Positions 10,800 to 24,560 of a DNA stretch of 64,000 nt are shown here, piece after piece. The notes under the pieces were generated by a model, which was given only the letters and a program-made list of their open reading frames with translations, ran no database searches and was not told the DNA's origin. Source of the DNA: Phallusia mammillata (lineage: Eukaryota); the NCBI GenBank assembly GCA_965637545.1, contig OZ281496.1, positions 16,802,001 through 16,866,000 on the forward strand, given 5' to 3'. A program made the translations under genes and the position numbers. How positions within the stretch are numbered: the first letter of the stretch is position 1; each line of letters opens with the position of its first letter.

Positions 10800-11990
10800 C
10801 ACGCCCCGTTCTGGCATTTTGCGCACATCTACTACCCTGATTATTAGCCAATAAAGTGCAACGAGTGCGGCAAAAGAGAAGTTATATTCAGCCAAAGCAC
10901 AAACAGATATTGTCTTGCAAAAATCCCTTTGTTTATCATCACTTTTCAGACATAAGTTGCAGAAACTGCCATTTCAAATACGTTGATAGAAACCAGCTTG
11001 AAAAGCCTGTTGAATGTAGTGGATTCCATTTCAGCACCAGTAGAGTAACCAATGATGGAAAAGCTTGAGATTTCTCTCCCGGCTCCTGTTTCATGAAAGC
11101 CCGTGCATGATCAGATGCAACCTTCAGGTGATCGTATTCGAATATGGACAGAGCAATGCAACCGATTTTGTTCTTTCTGCTTTTTAACTAAGATTGAAAA
11201 AAATCCTTGGGTTGTTTCCTCTTCCTAAAAGTTTATCTCGCCTCTTTCCTATAAATGTTACACCGCTGCATCTTGGATTGCATACAACACGACAGAAAAT
11301 GTCTCTTAATAAAAGCTCAAAATGTTTTTTTTCTCATTTTTAAACTTAGTGTTACAAATCCTGTCCATTTCTTTTGTGATCTTGTTGTTGTTTTATTTTC
11401 TGTTACATATTGTTCAGGTTTCTCTTTCTGTTTTCTTTGCTTGCAAGCCACCAATCAACATAACGCTGCAACTTCTTCACTTCGATGTCTGGAGGGTCTG
11501 TTGTCAAAAATTCAATAAAAATTGACAGAGTTGCCAGATAGGCATAAAATGTCCCAGCGGACGTAGAATCCTTGCCTATACTTTCTTTTGTTGTGGTGTT
11601 GCGTTTTCCAACTCCCATGGAAACCAGGACCTTTTCATAATTAAATAGAATCTCTGCAAATTTGTCCACATTCAACACACACTGTTGTCCGGTCGTTTTA
11701 AATTATTCACTTTTTATAACAATTTGTTCATTGTGCTTCTTTCGATAATGTTCTTTGAAGGCTTAAATAATTTCACCGCCAAAGCAGCACTTGTATCCCT
11801 GGTATTTTTTTGAAGCTACCCCCTTTTTCTTTCGCCGTGTTGTCAAAGAAGAGGTGTTCCTTTGGAACATCGGGTTGCTTCTTTTGGTGGTGAGTGATGT
11901 TAACATAAGTTTGATTGCATTCCGGCACAGGACACAACTCTTACTTCATTTACCGCTACTTTTGTTTTGCTGCAAAACAAGTTAAGATAA
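10800..11990 (-). pseudogene. Decayed tyrosine-recombinase-like ORF with N-terminal C2H2-like finger (Crypton-like)
   Basis: CPVPECNQTYVNITHH; SAGTFYAYLATLSIFIEFL; CNPRCSG; KNKIGCIALSIFEYDHL; SATYV*KVM (TGA, possibly from CGA); SLLPHS. Confidence 0.45.
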
Positions 11991-12499
11991 GAAATTATTG
12001 AACTAAGAATGAACATGTTTTCATGTAAGTGATACAATCCAATAAGTAATACAAATACACCAAAAATAATTTAATTTTATGTTGAGTGAATGGAATTCGA
12101 CGGCTAACATTAAATTGTGTATTTGGTAGTAAAAACAAATGCCAGTAAAACCATAATCTATTCTACCTTGTACGGCTAAGTAAAGCTGAGTACTGAAAAG
12201 TTACGATGGAAGTGATTGAACCACATTCTGACGGACAATTCACCAACGTTTGCAGTACTCAGTGACGAAAATTTTGGGCTTGAGAAGGTCTAACAATTTA
12301 AATTTTTCAAACATGTTACTATGTAACTTGACTTTATAACATTATAAAACAACCTGTCATGGTCGGATTGGATTTAAGTCAAGCAGACTCATAATGAAGT
12401 CACATGCACATCCGCTAAAACATGGTATTTACACTGGAGACTTCTTGTGTCTTGCAAAATTGTGCAAATTATGTCTAGCATCCTGTGTTGCCGCGAAAT

Positions 12500-14140
12500 C
12501 CTGTGAATGCTTAAAACTCCTAACCCCACCCGTAAACCACTTCATCTAATAAGGTGCTCGGTAATGTATGTAGAAGAAATTCCCCTGATAGGGATGTAAA
12601 GGAATTTGACAACAGCCTTAGTTAAATCATTATCTTTGGCCTCATAACTGTACATTTTGTAAAGTCAGGAATATTTTTGAGTTGCATAAATGTGGAACTG
12701 AATGTATGTCGTTATAATATTCTGTTGCTGTAAATAGGAATTGCAAGGTAACTCACCTAAATATGGGAGAAACTTCATGACTTGTGTCTTCACAATATTT
12801 TCCTTGTTTTTCATTTCCTGGGCATCTGGAAACAACTTTAACACGATACTGAATAACCAATTCATTGCATGTTCAAGACGTTGTAGAATGAGTTGGAGTG
12901 AGTGCCCATACAGTTAGTTCCCCATACACCGATCCTGGAGTAAAAATGTTAAATGCATTATACGATTTGTACCTGTCACCCGAGTGCTCTTGACCCCTAA
13001 CTTGGAATTAAACGTTCAATTGCAGTAAATGTTTTCCCCTGAATATAAACAAACTTTGCCTCACGCAAAACACATTCACCATGGTTCTATGGCAACAAGG
13101 AACAAAAGCTTCATGCAATGAAACGCGAAATGGTTGTGTCATGCATGTCCTTAGGTTATTTTTTTACAGCATATTCTGCAATGCTATATCCTTCCTAAAA
13201 GAAATATTTAGAATTATGTAGGTATTTATTGCATGTTTTCACAGGTGGACTAATCACAACTCACCCCTTTGAATTCAATCACAGACAAGTTTTCCCCTTT
13301 CTCCCTTTATATTCAGAGGTGGAAGAGCTACCATTGCTGATAAATTTCCAAATTTTAAGTTCTAGACGGATGGTCATGATCTATATCAAATCTTCGGTAC
13401 TCAAATGTTGTATCCATGGCACTGTATATCATAGGCAGTACTTCTGGTCGCGGACATGTTTGTTGAAGCCACAATATCTAAATTGAAAAAAAAAACAATT
13501 AAAGAATAACTTCTGCAGAAAAGCTTTGTAAATTCTCTACAGTCATTAGGTTATTTGCCTTTTTAGCAGATACATATACTATAAAAACTGTATCCCTTCT
13601 TAACAAAGCTATAAGCTGTCAATTTGTTTGTTAGGAGCACTGCCACATGGTATTGTCTAAGGTGGCCAATAAGGGTAGAAGTAATGAACATTTAGTGCCT
13701 TTTCTTTGCTTGATTTCATTTCCTTGTTGTCGCTTAAATCCACTGTGGCATCATATTCAGCCGAAGAACTGCTATCGCTGCTAAATTTCCTCTTCATGCC
13801 TGTTTGTTTGCAGGCCTTTTCTTCAATGGGCCTGCGTATAGTTTTAAATCTGCTTTCAATGTATCCGCTTTTGAGATGGGATCATAATAATGTTCCTGCA
13901 AAGTGATTTTTACATTTAGATGGTGATAGTAGGTATGCGACTTCTGTTAGTTAATTTATACATGTCATTCACAAATGATTTTATTATTGATTGTGCAAGA
14001 TCTGTGTTGAAGGATATCTGCAACCAGACATGTATTAATTCTTGCAGATTAAACAAACCAACAATTTTCAGATCTACACACTGTTTTTTGTCTCCACATT
14101 TCAGTGATTCAAAAATCAGAATATTGGTGGTGCACATCTT
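12500..14140 (-). pseudogene. Decayed SAMD3-like accessory ORF of CMC-type transposons
   Basis: GYIESRFKTIRR and AMDTTFEYRRFDI (TFxxRRxxI motif), with many stops. Confidence 0.45.
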
Positions 14141-15587
14141 TACAAAAAGCTTTTTGTTTGATGTGGTGAAGTACCCATCATTATCCAGCTGATCAATTAT
14201 TTTTGTACCTTACGAGAGTGCAAGCAGGCGTTCTTTCAAATCAACAAACTAAAACAAACATGAAACTGGAAAACCTGGAAACTCGATACATGTGTTTTGC
14301 GCTTTGGTTTGTTTATTTGTTACTTCTCAGAAAAATTCGCTCTTTAAAGCAATACAAAAACAGCTGAAATGAACCAGTGCATCTGTAGTCGTACTCCCGA
14401 TATAGACATATGCTCTTGTGATTGGTTCGTGCTTATTTTCTGCACAAAGATAAACTAACATCCTATTGCGCCACCGTAAAAAGCACACTATTGCAAATTT
14501 GGCATGAGTTATTTTATTGTTGCAATCGCTACTACAAACACCCTAACTAAGCTAAACAAGGAACTTAAGTAGAAGTTGATGGCTCGGAGCCGACCAAACA
14601 GGATAACAGGCAGAAGGTAGGATTTAATTTTGCATTTTTTTAACGAACCATCAAAACTAGATTCACAATGTGTCATTTAATTTTGTGCTGTTTATATGTA
14701 CACAAACATTTTAATCATACTCGCAAAGAAAGTAATAATACATTTTCAGGAACAAATTAAACTTCGCATCAATTCAACACCAGTCAGCTGTTGTGTGATT
14801 TTGGCTGGCTCATCCTTAAACCGCCGGCCCAATTCATCTTAGGTATTCTTTCGGCCAGTGTTGTTGCTCTTGCATCGAATGCAAAGCTAACTCCTGGTTT
14901 AATAACTGCTATAGCACAAACTTAAGTATCTACTTCACGAGTTTTATTACAAGCAACATAACAAACAGACGAACACAGATTACTTATACGATTTCAGCGG
15001 ACATCAAGTTCACGATCGACGCATACGTTGGCGAATCAAGACAGAATATAGTATTCGCACTTTGACCAGAATTTTAACGGTTAGAACTAGAATAATTTTC
15101 AATGTTTGTGGCGTGGTATTTATAGGTCCGGTATTTTACTTAATCAAGATTAGAATCGATGCGACTTTAGATTGGACAAGAGATAATGAAACTCGAGGGA
15201 TAAGAAATGGACACACGGGGATTTGAAATCAATGTACCAAAGTCATTACGCTTGATTAACTCAAGGTTAATAGGGTCGTCCAAAAAGGGAAAATATATAA
15301 ATTACAAAAAGCAATCTCGAGAAAAGAACAGATGGTTGCTGATTAATCTCGGAGGACCACGTGTTTGGTGCACTCCCTCGTCGTGAAACAGGAGTTCCAG
15401 CATTTCGAGCTGCTAACGATCGGCCGAATCGACCAGGTTGCGAAAGCTGTTGTTAACCTCGTAACAAACCGCATTGTTTATCCCCTTATCGCCGGCATAT
15501 AGAGCGTTTGTGTAAAAAAATGTTTGTTATTTCAGTGTGCTTTACTTTTCCACTCAGAAAAAAATACATTTTTTTTAACTTCGGGGG

Positions 15588-17180
15588 TTAATGCCCTCTG
15601 TCCCGAATTAGGGACATTCGTCACTAGGATTAAAAAATGAAAATCCCTTCATTTTGTTCTGTCTTTTTAGTAAAAAAATTTATGAAACAATCGTTTTTTT
15701 CAGTGACGTCATATGTTGACTCTAAAACAATCCTGTTTCCTATTATGACGTCATAATCACAGTTATAAAATTTCGTATTTTTTTGACTTTTTCGGTTAGT
15801 ACACGGCTTAACACACTTGTTTAGGGTTTAGAAAGGTTTAATTTCAAAACACAACTCACTTTTCAACTTAAACTGCAATTAAAACAACTAAAAAACAAAA
15901 TTGTAACCAGCATTTTAGGACAGGTGAAAATTGGTGAAACAATTGCTGTGTTTATTTAGACACAGATTCACGTTGCACTTTTTGCAACAGATCACGGTTT
16001 TGCCATTACAATTTAACATCTTGCACCTCTGTCGCTTTTCTCCGACCTCGGGCCAATGCCCAACGCCATCAAATCGTGTTTCATTTTGCGGTCGTTTCGC
16101 CGGGGTGGAGGATCTGCGTGGCCATGAATGAACACGTTCATTTGGCGACCCTTTTTGGGTGTAATATCTTTGCCTTCTTTGCATAAAGAATCTGCAATGC
16201 AAATTTTAAAATGAAGAAAATCTTTTTTTTATTGTGTGGTATGTCGAACCAATCACAATCTCTTCTGTACATAAGCCAACCGTTTACGACCGCAAGGTCG
16301 ACAAAATGGAAAAAAATGTGTGATAAAATTTCTTCGACTTAAGGTGGATTCTGTAATAGGATATGAGGGCATCCAAGGCATCAACTCTTCCCATATTCTT
16401 GTTATAATGATTCACAATGGCCGGACAGGGAACAGAGAAGTTTTGGAACACCTATCCCAGCGCCGGACATCAATGACCGGTTGTGCGCTGCAGCACGTAC
16501 TCACAAGAGTGACCGCTCGGTTGTCATACCACTTAATAGCTCGGATTGGAGCTCCTTCAATGAGCGCTTCCTTCTCTTGAAAGCTGCCTCTTCCTTCCTT
16601 TCTCAGTTTGGCGTCACTTTTAAAATCGCAACCTTGCAACCGGTTCGCTCGCACAGTACCAGTTGCATATATGCCATGCTTTGCTAATTGTGGACGAGAC
16701 CATGAACGTCACATAGCACAAATATTTTGTATCCCCACTTGTAAGGCTTTTTCGGAATATACTGTTTTAGGCATGAATGGCCTTTGAACGGCACCATCTG
16801 TTCGTCAACGCAAAGATCTTGCTGTTGTTGAATACTTTGGAAGACAGGCAAGAGATAATTAATAATTGGCCTAATTTTAAATAATTTGGATCATTAATAT
16901 CAGGCAAGTTGTCGTTGTTGTAAAATGAATTAATTTTATTATTGCTTCCCTCGATCACGTGATATTATATCTGCAATATTTTATCATTGCAATTGCAATA
17001 TTCGAACATTCATATTTATTTTTTTATTGATCACGCTAGATGTCCACAAAGAGCATGTGTTTATACATCAAGACGTGACGAAATCGGCACAACCGACTCC
17101 CACGCCTAAACTCATTTCCTCGCATAATGAAACAAACAAACAGCATGGGACGAATTCGTCCCATACGGCGTTAAGGGGTT
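15588..17180 (-). mobile_element. Internally deleted piggyBac (PGBD3-like)
   Basis: Related ends (TTAATGCC..TGTCCCGAATT / GGGACGAATTCGTCCCATACGGCGTTAAGGGG); transposase pieces inside. Confidence 0.75.
15915..16960 (-). pseudogene. piggyBac transposase fragments
   Basis: LCVDEQMVPFKG, KWYDNRAVTLVST, YNKNMGRVD, and the C-terminal Cys-rich HWPE..RQRCKMLNC..CKKCNVNLC..CFTNFH. Confidence 0.85.
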
Positions 17181-17199
17181 ATTATTGGTTTAAAATATG

Positions 17200-18765
17200 A
17201 TTTGGGCGCAAACACCGATCGGGTTTTATAGTTGAGCCACGCACCGTCCTTTTTTTAACCGCTTCCACCATCTCTCTGACCCGCGTGGAGATGAGAAATT
17301 GTTCGTTGCTATCGCAGGTTGCCCACTACACACGACCTGCACCCAATTGTAGCCGTTCTCGGTCGGCTTGGGAAACACCTGGATGTGCAAAGTCTCTTGG
17401 AACAGGTGAGCGCAGAGAGCGTAAAGCGGTTTAGTGTCGAAAAAATCGCCTTTGCCTACCTTGAAGCTGAAGGTAGAAGAGCGCATATGTCGTTGCACGT
17501 TTATCCCGTAAACGTTGAAGGACACGATTGGCGTTTGCACGATTCAGCCAGTAGCCTGTCCAAATCGTCAAAAATCCCCAGGAAGCGTTCACCGTGTCGC
17601 TTCCTGCACTCGCACGAGATAGGAAAGCATGTGATCGACGAGTTTCCCAGCATTCCCATCCGTGGGGACTGGGCCTCCTGGAAGCCGGGATCATTAAAAC
17701 AAATAGAAACGTCCAGGGGAAGGTACTCGGCGTGCCAGCGTTTGCAGGGAGATTCTCCTTTGTGAAGTACGCCTCGAGGTCGAATGCAGTAACGTTTTTA
17801 ACCAAACCTTTGCAGATGTTTTCGTGTTTGCTGCACTTGGACAACTTGCCAAAGTGTTTCATGCACACCTTGCACACAAACCCTGAGGCGAAAATGTCCA
17901 AAAATTTTCTATGTGACTAAAATGCTCCCTGAATAATTAAGAATTTGTGGTTCCTTAAAGGCGCGGCGTCGCACACTCCGCGACTTTAGTACGCAGCCGT
18001 TCAGAGGAGCGTAGGCCGCCAAATGAAAAACACTGATATTGACCTTGAACAGCTCCTCTATGACAGGCAGATCCACCAGTTTCACGCCGGGAAAAGTGTC
18101 AGGGTTGACATCGACCGCCAAAAGCCCGCCGCATTGGACTGGAGCCACGAAACAAGACCAGCGTAAAAAAACACAGGTTGTCCTTAATCACCCGCCCTCG
18201 GACAGTCCTGTGATGCGGCACCAAGCCACGATTCCGCAACAAATGTATCGGGAGCTTCTCAGCTTGCCCGATAAACGGTCCGTCCACTTAATAACAAAAA
18301 AATGCGACGTTGGTGATCGCTTTCACGACCCACAACGAATCCTCGCGCAGAAGTCTAAGCCACCTCAGGTAATCTCGCTCGGAGCTCGTCGAGGAAGCGA
18401 ATCAACAGCGGGCCGTCGAACAAATGGAAGTTATTGTCTGATGTGTGGAAGTACCGTCGTTCGCCCGTGACTCGCCGCAAGACAAATCCGAAACCCGCGT
18501 TGACACGAAGGCCCGGGAGCGCACAGCCATGATGTCCGGCAATCGGTAGTTAAACGCGCCGCTGATTGGACCTAGATCCTGGTGCGATCGTATCGCGTCC
18601 CAACGTTCCGCGACGATGCCACTAGCGGGGCGCGGAGCTGTTTCTGCAACAATAACGCGTTGGCGACTGCCAGGCAGTGGACGCGTCTTCTTTTCAGACG
18701 GTCTACGGCGCCGCCCCGCTGAATTGGTCGAGACCTGAGGTGTAAAAAACGTTTTACCATTTAAA
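17200..18765 (-). pseudogene. Maverick/Polinton protein-primed polB, N-terminal remnant
   Basis: DNLCFF, FPGVKLVDLPVIEELFKVNISVF, FVCKVCMKHF..HENIC, AFDLEAY. Confidence 0.75.
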
Positions 18766-18849
18766 AATCAAAAAAAATCACACAAAACGGTCAATGTGAA
18801 CTTGCCGTAGAATCGGCAGAAGGTTGAATATCGACGCTGGGGGTAGTGT

Positions 18850-19130
18850 CGCAGACGTGACCCTCCGATGGTATACTTCTAAACAAGTTCATTGTCAAGA
18901 AATATCACACATTTGCTTTTTTAACCCAGATACAGCACAAGCTTGGTTCTGCGTTTTCCAACGCACGAATATCAGAATTGTCGTTGGGTGTAGCATCGCA
19001 GACGTGACCCTCCGATGGTAAACTCCTAAACAAGTTCATTTTCAAGAAATATCACGCATTTGCTTTTAGGGTACCTACCAACAACAGCAGATATCGCACA
19101 GGCTCGGTTCTGCGTTTTCCAACGCACGAT
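18850..19130. repeat. Tandem duplication, ~147-bp period, 2 copies
   Basis: CGCAGACGTGACCCTCCGATGGTA starts at 18850 and 18997. Confidence 0.75.
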
Positions 19131-20585
19131 TTTACTTCCAGAAATTATCAAAATCTTATTCAAACAATGAAGAAATCTTCTATATGTTACAATACCACTT
19201 TCAAAATTCCATAACATTTAAGGCTATTTGTAATGCTATCGAAAAGTGGAAGCAATGGCTCAACGATGTGGAACTGGGTATTACTTTTACCCCCAAATAG
19301 ATTTCCTGTTGAACGGTTACGGAAATAATGTCTAGAATTACAAACAACACGCAAATGATTTATTACAAACTAATTTCAGTATTACATTAAAAAAACGTCA
19401 AGCAAAAAACAACTAAAATCACCAAACTGACCTCATCACAAAATGTAGAAAGCTAAATATATAAAACGTAGTAATCAAAATATGTACGTGAAAGGATTCT
19501 TTTACGTGAATTACGATTGGGATTAGGAGGCCAGTGACTTTGTCTAAATTGACCTGCAGCCGTTAATGAGATTTGAGCTACGGGTAGAGCCATGTTCCAA
19601 AACTATTTTGTTACCCCATTCTATTCCTCTCAATTGAAAACAGTGCGTTTCCTGGAGAAAAACGACATGAAATGCTTTTCCTTTCCTTTAATAAAGTGAA
19701 AAATAGCTTTTGTTTGTTATGATTCCTAATACCCACGACATTAAATTTGGCAATTACGGAAATCGCACAAAAAGAAAAGTTAAAAAAAGCCGCTATTGAT
19801 ATTTCTGATCTTCTATGTCCCCATCCATATTCAACACCGCAAATAGTTGTGAGGTTGTCTTGGTTCAATATTTACAGCTTTTTTTTTCTCCCACAACTCT
19901 TCTGCTGGCGGAATTGGAGTTTTTATTCATAGCAATTCTAGGCAGAGTGTTGACAGTGTTACACTAACAAGTAATAGCATGCCTTTGGGACCGAATGCAT
20001 TCGAACATGTTGTCATCCATTAAATATTCTGGTTAAATTTCATTGCAGCATGGCATTGGACCAGGGGTGTGTCACCGGCGACTAGTGTGGCCCTCTACAA
20101 CAGTTTGATTCGTTTGATTCAAAGCAAGTAAAAATGCAAACTTTACCAAAACCGCTAGTTATCGGTAAATCTCCTACACGTAACAAGAATAAGCTAAACC
20201 AGCTTGGTGGGCTATACAGAAGTTCAAGTGGTTCCCTTCGATATTGAAGGATCGCATGGAACAATTTTATTCACCCAGGCCTATAGTCTTATATCCGCAC
20301 TAGGTGCATGTTGCGTAATTCGAATGTGACGTTATAACCCTCTTTGTCTAGTAAACAATTTTGTAGTTGTAAAAGCGTTGCGACGAAACTTACTTGCACC
20401 TAACATTTTAAAGTTGAATGTTTTGAACGAACATAAACGAAGCAACTCCCAAAGAACCTTAGTTTCGTCGTAAACCTGTACGAACTCCGCTAATTTTTTA
20501 AATTTGTGCCCGCGAAGTCTTTAACTCTTGTTGCGATTTTTCCATTATTCCCTGCGTCCGGTTGTTTTTTGGCGATTGTCTAGGA

Positions 20586-20994
20586 CAGGGATGGCGAACC
20601 TTTTTAGTTAAATGGGTCAAAGATGATATCAAAATACGGAAATAAAACAAAGTGGGTCACAAATTTATGTGCCAATGTCAATGCTAAGTTGCTTGATGCT
20701 GCATCTTTTCTGCAAGTCTTGCAATTCTAGGTAGTTTACAGTTTAATACACGCACCAGTCATATCTGAGCTGAGACGATTCCTGGCACTTGATTTTATGA
20801 AATTCATGTGTGAAAACAAAGATTCGCATGAATATGTGGAAGGAACCGTTAACTGTTGCGTTGGTTTTTATTCCTGAAAGTCTGGTAACCCTACCTATAG
20901 TAATCAGTATAAATTTTTGAAACTACAAGTGGGTCAGATGAGTCTATGTGGTGGGTCACTTTGTGACCCGCGGTTCAGTGGTTCGCCATCCCTG
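20586..20994. mobile_element. hAT MITE
   Basis: TIR CAGGGATGGCGAACC; 8-bp TSD GTCTAGGA. Confidence 0.9.
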
Positions 20995-21780
20995 GTCTAG
21001 GAAAATATTAGATTAGCTAATAGCAGCAAAAACAAACAATCAACAGTAATTACATTTAACAATGTAATACCTGAGTTATTTTGGAAGACAGATTTTAATA
21101 ACATTTGGAGTATTGTTTGTAGCTGGACAAGGTTCCATGGCGACCCAAGTTTTTTTAAATAAATAAACAAAAAATGCTGTTGTATTTTTTATTACTTTAC
21201 AAGGTTCAAATAAGCTTACCTAGCATAATGCCTGACCACAGCGAAGAACATGAGTTTGAATGACATCTATGAATTTTGGTGCATGATAAGGGTTGTTTTT
21301 TTTTGTGTGCGAGTGTCCGTTGTGTTTTGCTTTTGAAATTATCTCCGCAAAGTACTTTTTTCTGATTGGTGGCCGTCGGTGTTTGATAGAAACTCCCCCG
21401 AATGCTGCAAAAAGAACAAATATCACGATATTGTTACGGTGAAAAATTTAATGCCAACTTACATCACTTGTCTCCACTTGCATGAGTAGGTCTTTAAGTT
21501 CCGTGAAGCTTGCTTCAGCTATCTCTTGACGCTTTGCTGTACACACCACATCAGCCAGCGAAGTTGATAAGACCATCATACCGAAGGTGTGCATGCCGAA
21601 TTTGTAATGCCGGGGAAAGCCGAAAAAAGGTTAGTTTTGTAACATTTACTATAACAGGATTTTTACAACATTCACTTACTTCTGTTTTGTCATTCGTTTA
21701 GCATTCTTCATTATGTGACTTGCACAAATATGTAAAAACAAATCAACAAAGGTTTCGTCATGTTTCCTCGTAGCGACTTA

Positions 21781-22020
21781 ACCGTCATTATCGCTCCTGA
21801 CGACGATACCACCGTCAATTCCCCTCCTGACGACGATCCCACCGTCAATAATCCTCCTGACGACGACTTAACCGTCAATACTCCTCCTGACGACGATTCA
21901 ACTGTCAATACCGCTCCTGAGGACGATCCCACCGTCAATGCCGCTCCTGGCGACGATTCAACTGTCAATACTGCTACTGACGACGATTCAAAGGTCAATA
22001 CTGCTACTGACGACGAACTC
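21781..22020 (+). repeat. 30-bp tandem array x8 encoding (TVNxxPDDDx)n
   Basis: Units start every 30 nt from 21781; in frame within ORF 21760-22164. Confidence 0.95.
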
Positions 22021-22469
22021 ATTCGTTCGATTGCAGGTACAGTTTATAATCAGCCGTGCAAACGTGTATTATACAAAAACCGTAGTAAAAACAAAAAAAT
22101 GAATCGCATAATGTTTCCCTGCCTAAAATCCACTTGTACACACAAATTACATCGCAACAAATGACCTTGTTTGTTCGGTGGCTTTGTTTTTAAAACGTGG
22201 TGGTTTGATGGAGATGGATGTGACCTCTGAGAGTAATTTTTTGCTGGAAAGTCTCCATTCAGGCTTTGGTCGAGTCGTTAGATCGCTACCTAAACGTATC
22301 AATTCTTCCGAGTAAGGCGGTTGCCGCTTTCATAAAAATGTCGCACTATAAAGTCACAAACACGCGCCGACGCCAAATAAACTTAAAATGGCTTTCCGAT
22401 GAAAGTTTTAGAAAAACTGTCCAATTGAAATATTGTCAGCGTTATGGGGTAAGAAATACGAACGACAGC

Positions 22470-22620
22470 ATGCCGCTTACTACCAGACCCCCCAAAAATC
22501 AACAATCTACCAAACACCTGCGAGTCTTCCAAGGTTTACTGTACTTGCCGTAAACCTTGGAATGGCGACGACTTGATGATTGAATGTGAAACGTGCTTGC
22601 CCAAGTGTGTGTTCAATAAC
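22470..22620 (+). pseudogene. Truncated PHD finger
   Basis: VYCTCRKPWNGDDLMIECETC. Confidence 0.55.
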
Positions 22621-22779
22621 GTCAAAGCTCTTAAGTACTTAGCTGAAGAATGGAATTGTCTTCATTTTCAATGCAATGAGTTAAACGATAGTTCACATAG
22701 CGACCATACCCTTTATCATGAACAACCTGCAGCGCCAAACGACCACGATTCCCCAGAAGGGACGATTTAAAACTTAACT

Positions 22780-24560
22780 GACTTGACGACGACACAGAAA
22801 CCGATGACGACGACACTGTCTGCTCACCACCTGGACATTCCCCACGTTCTCTAACCACAGATAGCGACATACAACCGTTGCTTGACTCCGTTACACAAAA
22901 CGCAACAACTGACGAACCTATTGACTCTTGGGTTCCAGCAGAAGTAATCAACGAGTTGGGAAAATATAAAAAACAGTCAACAAGCATTGTAAACTTAACG
23001 ACACTTGTCGATAAAAATAAAGATTTTGTTATTAATCTGAAAGAAAATGACCACCTCCAGGGGAAAGCATTCGTTTGCAAACGATTTGTACCAGGAAGTC
23101 GTTGTTTCAAATATTTGCAAGATGTACAAATGCTGCGTTCGGGAAAACGCCAGCACGTTAGTGGATGTGCTCGCAAAAAAACGAAGTCGTGGAGTGTTTC
23201 GGGCAAAAGTTGGAAGATCGCTTAGAAATCAAAGTGCAGTTCAAGTTCACAGGAAGTTGTATAATTTGTTAAGTGACGAGGAACGCCTGCTCGGATCCCA
23301 CACTTTCCCGCCCTCGCAGTCAGTTCTGCGGAACATAAAAAGCGAAGAAAAGCTGAAGCATCGCTTTAGCAACTTATGGTACGCCAATGCCGACATACTA
23401 CGACGGACATGGGAAAAAAAAGCCAGCAGCCGTTTATCCGTTTGATTTCTGTCCACCCTCCATCTCTTCACTTATATACAAATCCTGGAATAAAAATATT
23501 CAACGCGTTATGCGATAAAGATGTTTTGTATTTGGATGCAACCGGCAGTGTCTGTAAACAACATGAAGGTTACTCTAACTTTCAAGTTTACACCTTACTG
23601 CTTCGAAATCTCACAGAGGAGGGCTAAATGTAACGACACGTCATGATAGTGAGGCTATTGCCGCTTTTCTATCTCGATTTTTTGTAAATGTGACCAAACG
23701 TTGCCGCAAAGCCAAAAAGCCTGCAATGTTAATTGTTGATGGTTCCATGGCTATGTGGAACGGAGCGTTAAAGGCGTTATGTAATGAAAGCCGCATGGAT
23801 TTTTATGTTCGCTGTTGGCGAATTACTACAGGCGTTCCCCTGTTTCAGGATTTAAACGAACCCTTGGTGCACAATTGCTACAGCCACGCCATGCGAGCAG
23901 CAAAAATTCTGTGTAACAAGTACAGCGATAAAAAAGTTAGTAAAACCTATTCTTTTCTGGGTAAATCTTATCTTTTAAGTTCAACACTCTCCGAGTTGGA
24001 TGAGGTGGTGAACAGTTTTGTTATCTTGACCAGCAACATTTTGATCAACTGCAGTCATTGCTTCTAATAAACCAGCAGTCTAATGATGTTGGTGATTTTG
24101 AAGAAGAAACCGAAGAATTAGAGACTGGCGACTTTTATGCACCGAAGTCAACAGATAGCATGCAGGAAAAAAATCTCCGTTTTATTCCCGATATAATACA
24201 ATGGAAAAGCTTTTCAGCAAGTTTCAGCAACAACAAAAATGCATATTATAATCCAACGTTGTGTCAAAAAGTAATTGAAATCATTTTGTCTAGAATTTGC
24301 GCAACTTCTCACTTAATGCTAGGTGATTTTTTTGCGCCATATTGTTAAACAAAAAACGTCAAGCGAACAAGAGGAACAGTACAAAAAATATTCCAAAAAA
24401 TGCACAAAATTATCTCGTTCGAGCTTTCAATCAAGCTTTACAAACAATAACACGCAGGGCATAATAGAACAACACTTCGGCGATCTTAAAAAAACTACTT
24501 TTCTGGGAAACGCATTGCGAGACTTGATGATTTTGCGATAATTTATCGCAACAATCTGCT
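22780..24560 (+). pseudogene. NOF-like MULE transposase, multiply frameshifted
   Basis: VLYLDATGSV (first catalytic D), LIVDGSMAMW (second D), VHNCYSH, IIEQHFG. Confidence 0.7.

Noticed and set aside
21781-22020. CRISPR-like array (also the GGTTCG repeats at 54500-55000)
   Set aside because: The units are contiguous with no unique spacers, the context is eukaryotic and there are no cas genes.
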